DNA of 64,000 bases. Origin: Acidobacteriota bacterium (GTDB lineage: Bacteria > Acidobacteriota > UBA6911). A program made the position numbers and the translations under genes. Positions 29,761 through 40,069 of this stretch are shown piece after piece; position 1 is the stretch's first letter, and the number at the start of each line of letters is the position of its first letter. The stretch lies in contig OY761556.1 of NCBI GenBank assembly GCA_963664705.1, forward strand, positions 544,001 through 608,000. The letters are read 5' to 3'. The notes beneath the pieces are model-generated. The model saw only the letters and a program-made list of their open reading frames with translations. It was not told the DNA's origin and did not search any database.

Positions 29761-31707
29761 ATGACTGGAAGAAATTTCTTAACAGGTTCAATGGATTTTC
29801 CAACATCCATTCCCGAACTTCAGCCGGATAGCCCATGGCTGGCATCGTTTCCTGAGGAAGCCAGATCCAAGATAGAGTTATATCTAGCAGAAGGCAGTCC
29901 AAACGTGTTGTGTGCGGGAGTTGACGGGGAGCTTTCGCAATTCAAGCTAAATGCCCGGTCCTGTTTGGACAGAATTGAAAGCAAGATACTTCAATTGTCC
30001 GAGTCCGTTCCTCCTCAAAGCCGCGTAATCTGGTGCCTGGAAAACCTTGAAACCAGAGGACTCGAAGACTTCGAAGCTCTCGCCGTGTTTGGTTTGTGGC
30101 TGGATATAGACTTTATTGCCCAGACGGGGCGCGGAAGCGCGCTGAGCCGAATCATTCTTGCCGGTTGTCTGCGCGAAACCAATCTCGGACTATGGTTCCG
30201 CCTGGCATTACCTCGTGGACGCGGCAGCATATTAAGCTGGATTTCCCTGGCGATGATTCGAGCATCAGGGATGCCTATCGCAGCCGTTGCCATGGGATTG
30301 GAGGAGGCACAGAAGCTGTCCTTGCCCTCCGGCCGAGCCCTTGTTTCGATGCTCCGGCATTTGATTCTGAAGGATTCGATAGGGATTGCCCTGTTCGTGT
30401 CCCATTCACAGTTGCAGTCTGCATTCTGCGATCTACAGGCGGAGACCGACCGATTGCGTCAGCTGTTGGGCGTGTCTTGCCCCATTCGTCATGTTTGCTT
30501 CGAGAGTCCAATCCCTACGAATTTGCCTGGCCTCGTAAACGACGCAATGCGGCGGGCCAATCTATGTGTAGACAGTTCGCTTCCGGCCACCCAAACTGTC
30601 GAGCAAAACTCGGAGCGCAACGTGTTGCCGTTTCTGGGTGGTGGCGCCTATCAGTGCCAGCCTTTCGATATCAGGATACCTGCGGGTTTGTGGGGCAGGG
30701 ATAATTTTATGGAACTGCCAAGAGTGCCGCTGGAGGACGTGCACAAAATCGTCGGCCAATCCTGCACAAATGGGTGGCGACGACAATCTTCATTAGGCGA
30801 ACTGGCGCAGTTGCTTGACTGGGGTAGAATGGAGAAGTATCACCAGAACGACGGCGAATCTCTCCTGCATGCACGGCTATATGATCATTACCGTATATAC
30901 AATTGGCCGCCACCCGACGTTTCTCCGCGGACGGTGCTTGTGGATTGCGGCACACTAAACCATCCCATTCGCGCATTGGGTGCCATCCGGAAAATTGCCC
31001 GCCTGCGCCGGGCAGTCGGTTCGCGCGGCCGGATTCTGGGGGCAGCGGCGCTTTATTCTTCAGCCCAAGCCGAGGCCGCAGAGAGAGTTTCTTCGAGCAT
31101 CCAAGCCGTTTTGGATCAACAGGTGCACGGCCATGAATATTTATCGTCGGCCCAAACCAGCAGCATGCTGCGGCAGGATGTCAGAGATTTCCTGGAATTC
31201 CTCCCCCGGAAACTTGGTCGAACCATGGAAATAGGCAGCGGCACGGGTCAATTGGCGGCTGAACTGGCGGCGAGGTCAACATTTTTTCTGTGCCTTGATC
31301 TATATGTGCGTACCGGGAAAAGAGTCGATTCTCAAATACTGTTTGAGACAGCCGCTGATGTACATAATCTGCCTTGTGTCGGCAATGCATTTGACTCCGT
31401 GATCGCCAACAACTCGCTGGAACACCTATACGACCCACTCCGCTGCTTGCAGGAAGTTCATCGGGTTTTGCGGCCGCAGGGAAGCCTCTATGCGCTTATT
31501 CCACTGGATGCCCTGCACCCTGAATATGATCTTTGGGCTCATTTGTGGAAAGCAGACACTGAAAGCATCGCGAATGCGTTTGCTGCGGCCGGATTTGAGA
31601 TGGTCCGGTGCGAAGTTGTCGACATCTACACTTTGGGTGTGGCCGGTTGCTTTCCCAGTTGCAACGGAATGGTGTGCAAGGTAGAAGCCAGGAAACGTGA
31701 TATATAG
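29761..31707 (+). CDS. Large protein with a C-terminal class I SAM methyltransferase and an unassigned N-terminus
   Basis: MEIGSGTG, ADVHNLP....FD.V, LEHL.DP...L.E..RVL.P.G. Start uncertain (29749, 29761 or 29791). Confidence 0.75.
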   Translation: MTGRNFLTGSMDFPTSIPELQPDSPWLASFPEEARSKIELYLAEGSPNVLCAGVDGELSQFKLNARSCLDRIESKILQLSESVPPQSRVIWCLENLETRGLEDFEALAVFGLWLDIDFIAQTGRGSALSRIILAGCLRETNLGLWFRLALPRGRGSILSWISLAMIRASGMPIAAVAMGLEEAQKLSLPSGRALVSMLRHLILKDSIGIALFVSHSQLQSAFCDLQAETDRLRQLLGVSCPIRHVCFESPIPTNLPGLVNDAMRRANLCVDSSLPATQTVEQNSERNVLPFLGGGAYQCQPFDIRIPAGLWGRDNFMELPRVPLEDVHKIVGQSCTNGWRRQSSLGELAQLLDWGRMEKYHQNDGESLLHARLYDHYRIYNWPPPDVSPRTVLVDCGTLNHPIRALGAIRKIARLRRAVGSRGRILGAAALYSSAQAEAAERVSSSIQAVLDQQVHGHEYLSSAQTSSMLRQDVRDFLEFLPRKLGRTMEIGSGTGQLAAELAARSTFFLCLDLYVRTGKRVDSQILFETAADVHNLPCVGNAFDSVIANNSLEHLYDPLRCLQEVHRVLRPQGSLYALIPLDALHPEYDLWAHLWKADTESIANAFAAAGFEMVRCEVVDIYTLGVAGCFPSCNGMVCKVEARKRDI

Positions 31708-31721
31708 GAGCGGATCATACA

Positions 31722-33725
31722 ATGTGCGGACTGGTTGGAGCATTCAATCCCGGCGGTAATCAGGTGTGCAGCAATGAATCGCTGGCATCAATGCGGGATC
31801 GCATGGCACATCGCGGGCCTGATGGCGAAGGACTGTGGCGTTCAGCTGAAGGCAGTTGCGCATTAGGACATCGCAGGCTGTCGATCATTGACCTTTCGGC
31901 TTCCGCCGCGCAGCCGATGGCAAACCAGGATGGCAGTGTAGTGCTTGTATTCAATGGCGAGATATATAACCACCTGGAACTGCGCCGTGAACTGGAAAAG
32001 CTGGGCAAATATCGGTGGAAGACGGATCATTCCGATACCGAGGTGCTGCTGAACGCCTATCAGGAATGGGGGCTGGATTGCGTTAAACGATTTTACGGCA
32101 TGTTCGCATTTGCTATTTATGATGCGCGAATTCCGGGCAAGCCGGTTCTCCACCTGGTCCGGGATCGTATCGGAATTAAGCCGCTGTATTTTTCCAAAAC
32201 CGCCTCAGGCGAATGGGTGTTTGCCTCCGAGATACGGGCTCTGATGGCCCACCCGGACATTACACCCGAGATGGATCTCACGAGTTTCTGGCACTATCTC
32301 ACATTCATCATAACGCCTGCGCCTCTCACGCTCTTTCGCGGTATCTTCAAGCTGCCCGCGGGGTACACGCTGACGATCCGGCATAATGGCGAGGCCTCGG
32401 CGAATCAATACTGGGACTGCCGTCCCAGCGCCGAACGAACATTCAGTGAAAGCGAGTTGAGCGAGGATGAGGCCGTGGCCGAATTGACGCGCCTGCTGCG
32501 GCTTTCGATCCATCGTCGCATGGTGTCGGACGTCCCCTTTGGTGTACTGCTATCGGGCGGAGTGGATTCCAGTCTGAACGTGGCACTCATGAGCGAGCTC
32601 ATGGACCGGCCGGTCAAAACCTTCACGATCGGCTACGAGGGAGAGGAGAACACCAATGAGTTTCGCTACGCCCGCCGTATCAGCGAACGGTATCGGACCG
32701 ATCACCACGAGGCGCTGATCAACCACAAAGATGCCCAGGAATTCCTGCCGCTGCTCGTGCGCCTTCAGGACGAACCCATTGCCGACAATGTGTGCATCCC
32801 TTTGTATTTCCTGGCCAGGCTCGTACGGCAGAGCGGAACAACCGTAGTTCAGGTGGGAGAGGGGGCGGATGAAAACTTCCTTGGTTACTGGTGGTGCGAG
32901 CATTATCGCAAAAAAGAGGTGGATGTCTACAATCCTGCCCGGCAAGGCCGACGCAGCTGGCTCAGTCATCTCTTCGGAAGAAAGGCGGCTAAAATAGCCA
33001 GGAGCCAGGAGGACCAGGATATCTGCACGCGTGCCCAACTTGGCCGGGAATTGTTCTGGGGCGGATCGGTCTGCTGGTGGGGACATCTGCGCGAACAACT
33101 CACTCCGAACAAGGCAGCCTTTGAACAAACCATCGACTGTCCGGTCCCGGGACTGCTTCCCAGTTCTTTTGCCTCCATGGACAGTCATGGCGTTGTCGAT
33201 CATTATCTCGGAAGTTTGACCAACCGCCTCGCTGAGCCCGAAGTCCTTCAGAAGATTCCCTATATGGAACTGAAACTTCGCCTTCCTGAGCACCTGCTGA
33301 TGCGGGTCGACAAACTGACCATGGCCCATTCCATCGAAGCCCGCGTGCCATACCTTGATCACGACGTCGTGGAATTCGCAGCGCGCATACCTCCATCCTA
33401 TAAGTTGAAAAACGGCCTCGGCAAATCCGTGCTGAAAAAGGCGGCCGAACCCTATCTGGACCACGACATGATTTACCGGACCAAACAGGGTTTCGGTGCC
33501 CCGATGGAAAGTTGGTTCCAGGAACCCGAATTCGGACGCAGATGTGTCGCAGCTTTTGAAAAATCGCGCATTCGAAAAGAAGGCTATTTGAACAATGAGT
33601 TCTTTCTCGACATGCTTCGCGGGCAGATGAATGGCCGTGGAGGCTACACGTTTCACCTTTGGACGGTACTCAATGCCGTGCTTTGGCATGAATCGTGGAT
33701 TTCGGGAAACGAGGACTGCTTTTAG
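31722..33725 (+). CDS. asnB: Asparagine synthase (glutamine-hydrolysing)-type amidotransferase
   Basis: MCG N-terminal nucleophile, HRGPD, HRRLSIID, FNGEIYN, SDTEV, LSGGVDSS, GEGADE, RVDK.TMA.S.EARVP. In this context probably a sugar amidotransferase. Confidence 0.92.
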   Translation: MCGLVGAFNPGGNQVCSNESLASMRDRMAHRGPDGEGLWRSAEGSCALGHRRLSIIDLSASAAQPMANQDGSVVLVFNGEIYNHLELRRELEKLGKYRWKTDHSDTEVLLNAYQEWGLDCVKRFYGMFAFAIYDARIPGKPVLHLVRDRIGIKPLYFSKTASGEWVFASEIRALMAHPDITPEMDLTSFWHYLTFIITPAPLTLFRGIFKLPAGYTLTIRHNGEASANQYWDCRPSAERTFSESELSEDEAVAELTRLLRLSIHRRMVSDVPFGVLLSGGVDSSLNVALMSELMDRPVKTFTIGYEGEENTNEFRYARRISERYRTDHHEALINHKDAQEFLPLLVRLQDEPIADNVCIPLYFLARLVRQSGTTVVQVGEGADENFLGYWWCEHYRKKEVDVYNPARQGRRSWLSHLFGRKAAKIARSQEDQDICTRAQLGRELFWGGSVCWWGHLREQLTPNKAAFEQTIDCPVPGLLPSSFASMDSHGVVDHYLGSLTNRLAEPEVLQKIPYMELKLRLPEHLLMRVDKLTMAHSIEARVPYLDHDVVEFAARIPPSYKLKNGLGKSVLKKAAEPYLDHDMIYRTKQGFGAPMESWFQEPEFGRRCVAAFEKSRIRKEGYLNNEFFLDMLRGQMNGRGGYTFHLWTVLNAVLWHESWISGNEDCF

Positions 33726-33778
33726 GCCTGCACCTATCGTCCGCAGCACGAATCAGCAAATCAGTGGGGAAAAGGATA

Positions 33779-35899
33779 TCACTGCTCGGCCAGCAGCTTT
33801 TCCCAACCTTCAAGCGGCGAGGCGACTCCTGTAATCTGGGCATTGATATTAACCCGCGGCGCTCCAGCCTCCTTTTGTCCTGGATAGAATACCGTGTTGA
33901 ATGGGAGTGTTTTCCAGCCATCCAGTTCAAAGGAGCGAGCGCTTACGAGCTTTATTCCCGACTGCAGGACCAAGGCAACGTCCAGTGGAGCGTCAGCCGC
34001 GCTATGCGCCAGATATTGGGTGAAAGTTGAATAAAAATATACCTCATCTTGTCCTGAGGGAATGGAGAAGGTAGCGAAAGAGGAAATGGTCGGACGCCGC
34101 ATCCAGAGTTGCAGAACCCCGCCCTGACCATAAGTGCGGATCTTCCAGCAGTAGCCTCGATCCTTCGTCAGAGTGCCCGATGGGAAACTAAGTATTGCCT
34201 TCTGCGGTGTTTTGATACTTTCGTTTGCGGGCACCCCCTTGTCGTAACGGCTTTGAATCTCGCTGAGATAATGCGATCTCACAGCGGTTGAATGCCATCG
34301 AGCCAATTCACGGCAAACCAGGAAAACAGACAAAATCACCGCGAGCACCACAAGCGCCGGCTTCCAATGTCCTTGAATGGATCGGAGTGCGGTGGAGCGA
34401 CCAGTTCCGGTTGAAAGGGAAATAATGGCACAGGCCGCAAAGGCGAACGCAACCGCAGCCGGCAAACACATCGGAGTGAGGTGTTTCTCCATTGGAAGCG
34501 TAACCCAGTAAAGCGCGGTGTAATAAAGCGAGAAGAAGGCCAACAGTAAAGCTTCCAGGCGATGGGGAGAGAAGAGCAATGCACCGGCAAAGGCCGGGAT
34601 AAGGACAATCCAATAAGACTTCATGAACTGTTGAATCAGCTTAAAAAATTCGCGTATCTTTTCCCCGTGGAGTGCGAACTGCTGCGACCCATAGGAATCG
34701 CCGCATCCTTCCCAAATTTTACTTCCCCAGAAGGCCGGGAACCCGTCAATCCAGTTGAACATGTTATACGAAGCTTCATGCCAGAGCATTTGTGCGCTGG
34801 TGCGAGCATATTCGGCATTCAGGTATGGCACGACTTTTCCGGTCCACCTATATACGTTGTTGATCACCGTGCCATCGTCAAAAAACATTTGATAGGAGTT
34901 TTCGTATTCGCCTATATTGGCGCGCGTCTCATCAGCATACACGGCAATGTGCGTAACCCATGCCGGGGAGAACTCCTGCTTCGTGACGATTTGAACCAGC
35001 AAGGAGGTGTAGACAGCGCCGACGCCGACGGCAAAGAGCATGACGGCCAAAATGCCATGCCTCAGGCTTCGGTGTTGACGGCGCAAAACAATAAGCAATC
35101 CCAGAAACGTGAGGCCGGGAATTAGAATGGCATCAGACCGCCACCCATATCCGATGAGAGACAGGACTCCGAGCAAGACATAGGAACTTCCGTTCATCCA
35201 TCGGGATTGGAATCGCCCGGCAATGCAGAGGCAGAAGGTCAGGGCCATAATGGTAAACCATGCCGGATTGGTATCCCGGATGGACCAAACCGTATGTACC
35301 ATTTCGCAAGGCAGGACGGCATAAAGCGTTGCGCCCAAAAGGCCGCACCATTTATTGCCGGTTAAGTGCGCGCAGAGAAAGTAAATGCACAGGCAACAAA
35401 TTGTGCTGACGAGAATGTAGAAGAAGGCGATCACATGCCAGGAGATGCCGAAAATCCGCCAAAGCCAAGATGCCACCCGAAATTCAAATAGCCGGTTTCG
35501 AGCAAAAACGGTCACGGGTTCCGAGGCGGGTTTGGATGCCAGGAATGCCGAGAATTCGCCCGACGTCAACGAATCCTGCTTCAGGTCCAGAAACCGGATC
35601 ACCGGCGCATGGGCTGGGACTTTGCTGTCCAGCGTGATCATCTTCAAACCGGCGCCTCCGGTCAGAGACAATGCGACATTGTAGAGATCCGGGTAAAAGT
35701 GCCTCGACTCAAGAGGCCTGTTGTAATTAACCGTACAGCGGGCACCGAAGTGTACGAGAAGCACCAAAGCCAGCAGAATCGCAATACCATACCGTCGTAA
35801 AGGGCCAGGTGGCGAATCCGGAATGCTTGAACGACTCTCCCGTTTTTGGGGCAAACTCGACTTTGGTGGACGTTTGTGCGCAGACTTGGCCACTACCAT
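33779..35899 (-). CDS. Multi-TM GT-C-like glycosyltransferase with a periplasmic C-terminal domain
   Basis: About 11-13 hydrophobic segments, large first loop, soluble beta-rich tail; last gene of a GT2/sugar-pathway operon. Confidence 0.6.
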   Translation of the reverse strand: MVVAKSAHKRPPKSSLPQKRESRSSIPDSPPGPLRRYGIAILLALVLLVHFGARCTVNYNRPLESRHFYPDLYNVALSLTGGAGLKMITLDSKVPAHAPVIRFLDLKQDSLTSGEFSAFLASKPASEPVTVFARNRLFEFRVASWLWRIFGISWHVIAFFYILVSTICCLCIYFLCAHLTGNKWCGLLGATLYAVLPCEMVHTVWSIRDTNPAWFTIMALTFCLCIAGRFQSRWMNGSSYVLLGVLSLIGYGWRSDAILIPGLTFLGLLIVLRRQHRSLRHGILAVMLFAVGVGAVYTSLLVQIVTKQEFSPAWVTHIAVYADETRANIGEYENSYQMFFDDGTVINNVYRWTGKVVPYLNAEYARTSAQMLWHEASYNMFNWIDGFPAFWGSKIWEGCGDSYGSQQFALHGEKIREFFKLIQQFMKSYWIVLIPAFAGALLFSPHRLEALLLAFFSLYYTALYWVTLPMEKHLTPMCLPAAVAFAFAACAIISLSTGTGRSTALRSIQGHWKPALVVLAVILSVFLVCRELARWHSTAVRSHYLSEIQSRYDKGVPANESIKTPQKAILSFPSGTLTKDRGYCWKIRTYGQGGVLQLWMRRPTISSFATFSIPSGQDEVYFYSTFTQYLAHSAADAPLDVALVLQSGIKLVSARSFELDGWKTLPFNTVFYPGQKEAGAPRVNINAQITGVASPLEGWEKLLAEQ

Positions 35900-35918
35900 G
35901 CCTCCGTCAAAATGTCAT

Positions 35919-36821
35919 TTACCGGACACGGCGAAACGCGCCCAGAAGAGATCCCCCGACCGGGAAACGTATCCCCATTCGGATCGCCATGCGTTCAATG
36001 CCCATGATCCAGGCACAAACAGCATTCTGCCACTGCGGCAGTAGGAGTTGTTCAGATACTGCGGTCGAAGCAGGCTTTTTCCTGGCCATCCAGCGCGTAA
36101 CCATCATGACCGGCAGCAACAGGAAAACAAAAGAGGACACCCATACGGGCTCAAGTCCGACACTTTGAGCCTTGTTCAATAGATCGGAGCGAACATATCT
36201 GCGCTGGTGTCCAAGAGCCTTATCGAAATCGCTCCAAAGCCAGGCATGCTGGGGTACCTGAATCACCAGTAGTCCCCCAGGTTTGAGTGCTCGAACGCAG
36301 CCAAGAAGAAATGGGACATCCTCCTCAATATGCTCGAGCACATCAAAAAGGCCAACCAGATCAAACTCTCCATCATAGGGCATGCGAACGGCATCTAGTT
36401 GCAAAAAATCAGCTTCGGGAGCGCGAGCCTTTGCGTATTCCAGCGGTGCCCCATAATACTCAATTCCCGTGCAGGACCATTGGGGGAACTGTTTCACTAC
36501 CTTTCGAATGAACTGGCCAAGCCCACACCCGACCTCGAGAAATCGGATGGATGGCATGCGATCGCGAACATGGGCCTGCCGCATTCCCGTCAGGTTACGT
36601 TTAAATAGCCACAGCAGGAGTTCGTCTCGTCCCCGACTCCAGAAATTCGTATCTACCGCATCCGTAAAACTGGAGAAATTTTCCTCGGGATAGTTGACGG
36701 CTTTTGAAACCGGCCCATGCAGACAAACAACGCCCTGATGCTGGACAGGTTTCCACCCACAGCGAGGACAAAGCCACTCGTCCGAATTATGGGATTGTGA
36801 GCATTGGGGGCAGATTTTCAT
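35919..36821 (-). CDS. Class I SAM methyltransferase with an N-terminal Zn ribbon
   Basis: CPQC...CPRC, LEVGCGLG, FDVLEHI, VP....LWS.FD...GHQRRY. Confidence 0.88.
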   Translation of the reverse strand: MKICPQCSQSHNSDEWLCPRCGWKPVQHQGVVCLHGPVSKAVNYPEENFSSFTDAVDTNFWSRGRDELLLWLFKRNLTGMRQAHVRDRMPSIRFLEVGCGLGQFIRKVVKQFPQWSCTGIEYYGAPLEYAKARAPEADFLQLDAVRMPYDGEFDLVGLFDVLEHIEEDVPFLLGCVRALKPGGLLVIQVPQHAWLWSDFDKALGHQRRYVRSDLLNKAQSVGLEPVWVSSFVFLLLPVMMVTRWMARKKPASTAVSEQLLLPQWQNAVCAWIMGIERMAIRMGIRFPVGGSLLGAFRRVR

Positions 36822-37852
36822 TTTGGCGATTGTGCCGCGGATTCAGAATCCTCGGATGCCCTTCGGGCGGCGGATTGCGCCACAAGGTCTTTCCTATCCA
36901 CGGCATACATCGGCTTCCCCTTGATGTCATCATAAATCCGCCAAAGGTATTCTCCGATCACGCCCAGCATCATCATGATCAGGCCTCCCGTCAAGAGGAT
37001 AACAATCATAAGCGGTGCCCATCCTGGGAATGGGAATTGACCGCGGATAAGCCGGTTTAAAACAATTGTCACTGCATACAGCATTCCCGCCGACGCGGTC
37101 ACAAAACCGGTTGCCGACATCATCCGGATCGGCAGAAAAGAGGAATCCAGGGTCAAATCCAGAAACGACTGCAGTTTCCGTGTGAAGGTATAAGCCGATT
37201 TCCCATGTTTTCTGCGCTTTCGAACATAGGGGAGAAATGCAGTCGGGAAACCCAGCCAAAGAACGTCTCCCTGGAAAAAGCGATGTTGGCCCCTGAATGT
37301 CTTCAAAATTTCCACCGCTCGCCGGCTCATTAGCAAATAATCGAAGCCTCCCCTCGGGATGCGTGGATTGGCGCTCCGGGCAAAGGCATAGGCGATTCTG
37401 CTGAACAAACGGGCAGTCCAGTCATCGTTCCGGCTTTCGCGATACGCGATCACCAGATCGTGGCCGTTTTCCCACTCTGAGACCATTTGCCCCATCAGTT
37501 CAACAGGGTCCTGCAGATCCGCCGAAATCATGATAACGGCATCGCCTTGCGCTGCATCATACCCGGCAAGAATCGCAGAGAGTTGGCCAAAGTTACGGGA
37601 CAGCTTCAACAGGCTTACTTGGTTGGGATATGTAGCACGCAGGCGTTCCAGCACTTCCCATGACTTATCCGGAGATCCATCGTCTATAAATAGGATTTCC
37701 AAACCGTGCTGTGGAAATTGACTCTTCCAGACGGCCAGAATTGCCGAACAGAGCTCTTCAAGGGATTCCACATTTTTATATACCGGCGTGATCACCGATA
37801 CCCATTTTGAGGGCGGAAAAGCTGGCGCTCCGATGGCAATATGCGTATTCAT
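36818..37852 (-). CDS. Polyprenyl-phosphate glycosyltransferase, GT2 (GtrB/ArnC-like)
   Basis: DDGSPD, LSRNFGQ, SADLQDP, two C-terminal TMs, GVIGEYLWRIY. Confidence 0.9.
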   Translation of the reverse strand: MNTHIAIGAPAFPPSKWVSVITPVYKNVESLEELCSAILAVWKSQFPQHGLEILFIDDGSPDKSWEVLERLRATYPNQVSLLKLSRNFGQLSAILAGYDAAQGDAVIMISADLQDPVELMGQMVSEWENGHDLVIAYRESRNDDWTARLFSRIAYAFARSANPRIPRGGFDYLLMSRRAVEILKTFRGQHRFFQGDVLWLGFPTAFLPYVRKRRKHGKSAYTFTRKLQSFLDLTLDSSFLPIRMMSATGFVTASAGMLYAVTIVLNRLIRGQFPFPGWAPLMIVILLTGGLIMMMLGVIGEYLWRIYDDIKGKPMYAVDRKDLVAQSAARRASEDSESAAQSPK

Positions 37853-38628
37853 AATGATCTCCCAATTCCTGAGGAGTCAACCGTGGTATCGGAACCTCCC
37901 TTTTCGCAAAGCAGAAAGATGCTGGCGCACAAATCCGGATAATGGTGGCCAAGTTGATAGCAGCCTTCCAGGTATTCCTTGGAAATGATGTCGGTTTTAA
38001 GGAGACGGTCCCACTGAAAGTTGGCAAGCGCCTTAAAAAATATCCCCGTTCGCAAGATTACCTTAAGTCCCGCCGCTTTGGCGTCCCGCTCAAGAGTATC
38101 CAAAGCATAAGTGATCTTGTGCCCGTGCGCGGATTCTGCCGGTGTCACCGCAGCCGGATGCGTTATGAGCCCCATTTTGACCGCGATCTGCCTGGAGGGT
38201 GCGTTGGCATTCGGGCAGACTAGAAAAAGCCGCCCACAATCGGAAAGCCATCGGTCATTTATCTTCTTGAGCAGGGCAACAGGCCGGTCCTGGTGCTCGA
38301 GAACATGTGTCAGAATGACATGGTCGTACTGCACGGGCAAATCTGCATCCTCGAAGCGGGAATGCACAAAACTAATTCTATTTCCCAGCCTCTCTTGGGC
38401 CTCTGCAATCGCATCTCCAGATGCTTCAATGCAGGTAATATCCGCAAAATGGGGGAGTAATCGCGCTGTGAAATCCCCCTTGTAGCTTCCGAGCTCAAGC
38501 AAATTTCCTTTTCGGAAGAAAGGCAGAAAGGATCTCAGCATAAAAGGATGCATGACATCAAAATCAAAATCGTAGGCGTACCTGCTATCTGCCGTATCTT
38601 TGATTTCCTGGTCGTAATCTCTATTCAT
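37849..38628 (-). CDS. Class I SAM methyltransferase
   Basis: LELGSYKG, THVLEH, CPNANA.SR.IA. Confidence 0.85.
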   Translation of the reverse strand: MNRDYDQEIKDTADSRYAYDFDFDVMHPFMLRSFLPFFRKGNLLELGSYKGDFTARLLPHFADITCIEASGDAIAEAQERLGNRISFVHSRFEDADLPVQYDHVILTHVLEHQDRPVALLKKINDRWLSDCGRLFLVCPNANAPSRQIAVKMGLITHPAAVTPAESAHGHKITYALDTLERDAKAAGLKVILRTGIFFKALANFQWDRLLKTDIISKEYLEGCYQLGHHYPDLCASIFLLCEKGGSDTTVDSSGIGRSL

Positions 38629-40040
38629 TGCCCGGCTTCCCGCGAAATGTCCCGCTTCATGTATAAAGTACCGGCTTTTCGGTCATAGGTTGAAAAGCGG
38701 CGCGTGCTGTACAGGCGAATGGCTCTGGAATTCTCTTCCGATACTTCCAAGCGAATGGTTTTAAAGCCTTGTTCTCCGGCATACTGCACGCATTGATTTA
38801 GCAGCGCGGCAGCAATTCCTTTCCCGGTGCAATCGTCGACAACACTCACGCTGGTGATAAAGCCGAATTCTTTCTCCGGATCATTGAAGTATGCCGCGAT
38901 CAGACCGATCAGCTTTTCCTGGTTCCAGGCTTCAAAGGTGACCGATTTTTCGGCGATCTTCCTGGCATATTCCAAAATATCGACCCGCTGACTTAGTGTT
39001 GGTACAAACTGATCCGCACATTGCCGAAGATGGATGGTTATCTGCTCCTTCGCGGCTGTGTTTATTTTGAGCTCCCAATCACACTCTGGCATCTCCAGTT
39101 CTGCCAGACCGAACCCTTGGCGGCCGAATTCACTGCCGTTATAAAGCAGGAAGATCTTTCCATCGCAACAAAAAACATGCGGGTAGCACAGCATGTCGGC
39201 ATCCCAGTCTCCTTCCGTCGGCTGGATTCCTGCCTCCTCGTCATTCCGTACCCAATGGACAAGATCAGAAGAAGAAGCATGGCCGATACGGTAAGCCCGG
39301 CTTCTGTTCCGTCTAAAGTCGAAGGAATGACGATAGCAGAAAAACATGTGGAATGATCCGCCAAAGTCAATGACGGTGGGCAGGGCTTGGCTTTCATCCT
39401 GCAACCTGTCTGAGATAATCGGCCTGCCTTCACGCTGCCAGTTTATGCCGTCAGGGGATATGGCATGGGCAATCTTATAGATCCGGTCCGGGGCTTGACC
39501 TTCGGCAAATGTTCTCCATTCAGTGCCGTAGATGTACCACATATGAAACAGACCGTCATAAATGCGTACAAAGGGATCCCCGACCAGAAATGGCTCGTGA
39601 ACACTGGAAGCGAGGATAGGCCCATCCTCGAGTTTTTGAAATGTCCATCCGTGATCGAAGCTTTCGGCAAAACCAATTGCCGTGTCTACGGAAACAGATA
39701 CTCTTCGGTTCCAGCCACAGGTATAGCCAAGGATTCTTTCGCCGTGCCGCACAACATTCATCGGGAAAATGCCGTGTTCGTCGAAGCAGCCCAATTTGCC
39801 CAGCGGGATAACCTCGTGGTGGGAGACGCGCAATACATTCCGCAAGGTTTTATCCATATCTACAAATGCGATGTGGCTCAAAACCTTGTCGTTTTTGGGA
39901 TCCTTTTTTCGAGTCGAGAAATAAATCCTCACAAAATCATCGAAGACAAGAGCCTGCGGGGACTGCGCAAACCCGGCGGATTCCTCTCCCGCCAGGTATT
40001 CATTTGGATCGAAGATCTTGCCCAGCTTTTTCCATTTCAT
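38625..40040 (-). CDS. Five-bladed beta-propeller (glycoside-hydrolase-like) fused to a GNAT acetyltransferase
   Basis: Repeated blades (S.DG..W, S.DL..W, FHMWY, FHMFF); C-terminal GNAT V.....GKGIA..LL, L.V...N..A..LY...F. Confidence 0.78.
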   Translation of the reverse strand: MKWKKLGKIFDPNEYLAGEESAGFAQSPQALVFDDFVRIYFSTRKKDPKNDKVLSHIAFVDMDKTLRNVLRVSHHEVIPLGKLGCFDEHGIFPMNVVRHGERILGYTCGWNRRVSVSVDTAIGFAESFDHGWTFQKLEDGPILASSVHEPFLVGDPFVRIYDGLFHMWYIYGTEWRTFAEGQAPDRIYKIAHAISPDGINWQREGRPIISDRLQDESQALPTVIDFGGSFHMFFCYRHSFDFRRNRSRAYRIGHASSSDLVHWVRNDEEAGIQPTEGDWDADMLCYPHVFCCDGKIFLLYNGSEFGRQGFGLAELEMPECDWELKINTAAKEQITIHLRQCADQFVPTLSQRVDILEYARKIAEKSVTFEAWNQEKLIGLIAAYFNDPEKEFGFITSVSVVDDCTGKGIAAALLNQCVQYAGEQGFKTIRLEVSEENSRAIRLYSTRRFSTYDRKAGTLYMKRDISREAGQ

Positions 40041-40069
40041 CTTTATGCCGGCTCTTAACAATTTTTGAA

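Noticed and set aside
32550-33749. 399-aa antisense ORF over asnB
   Set aside because: Shadow ORF with no recognisable domain.
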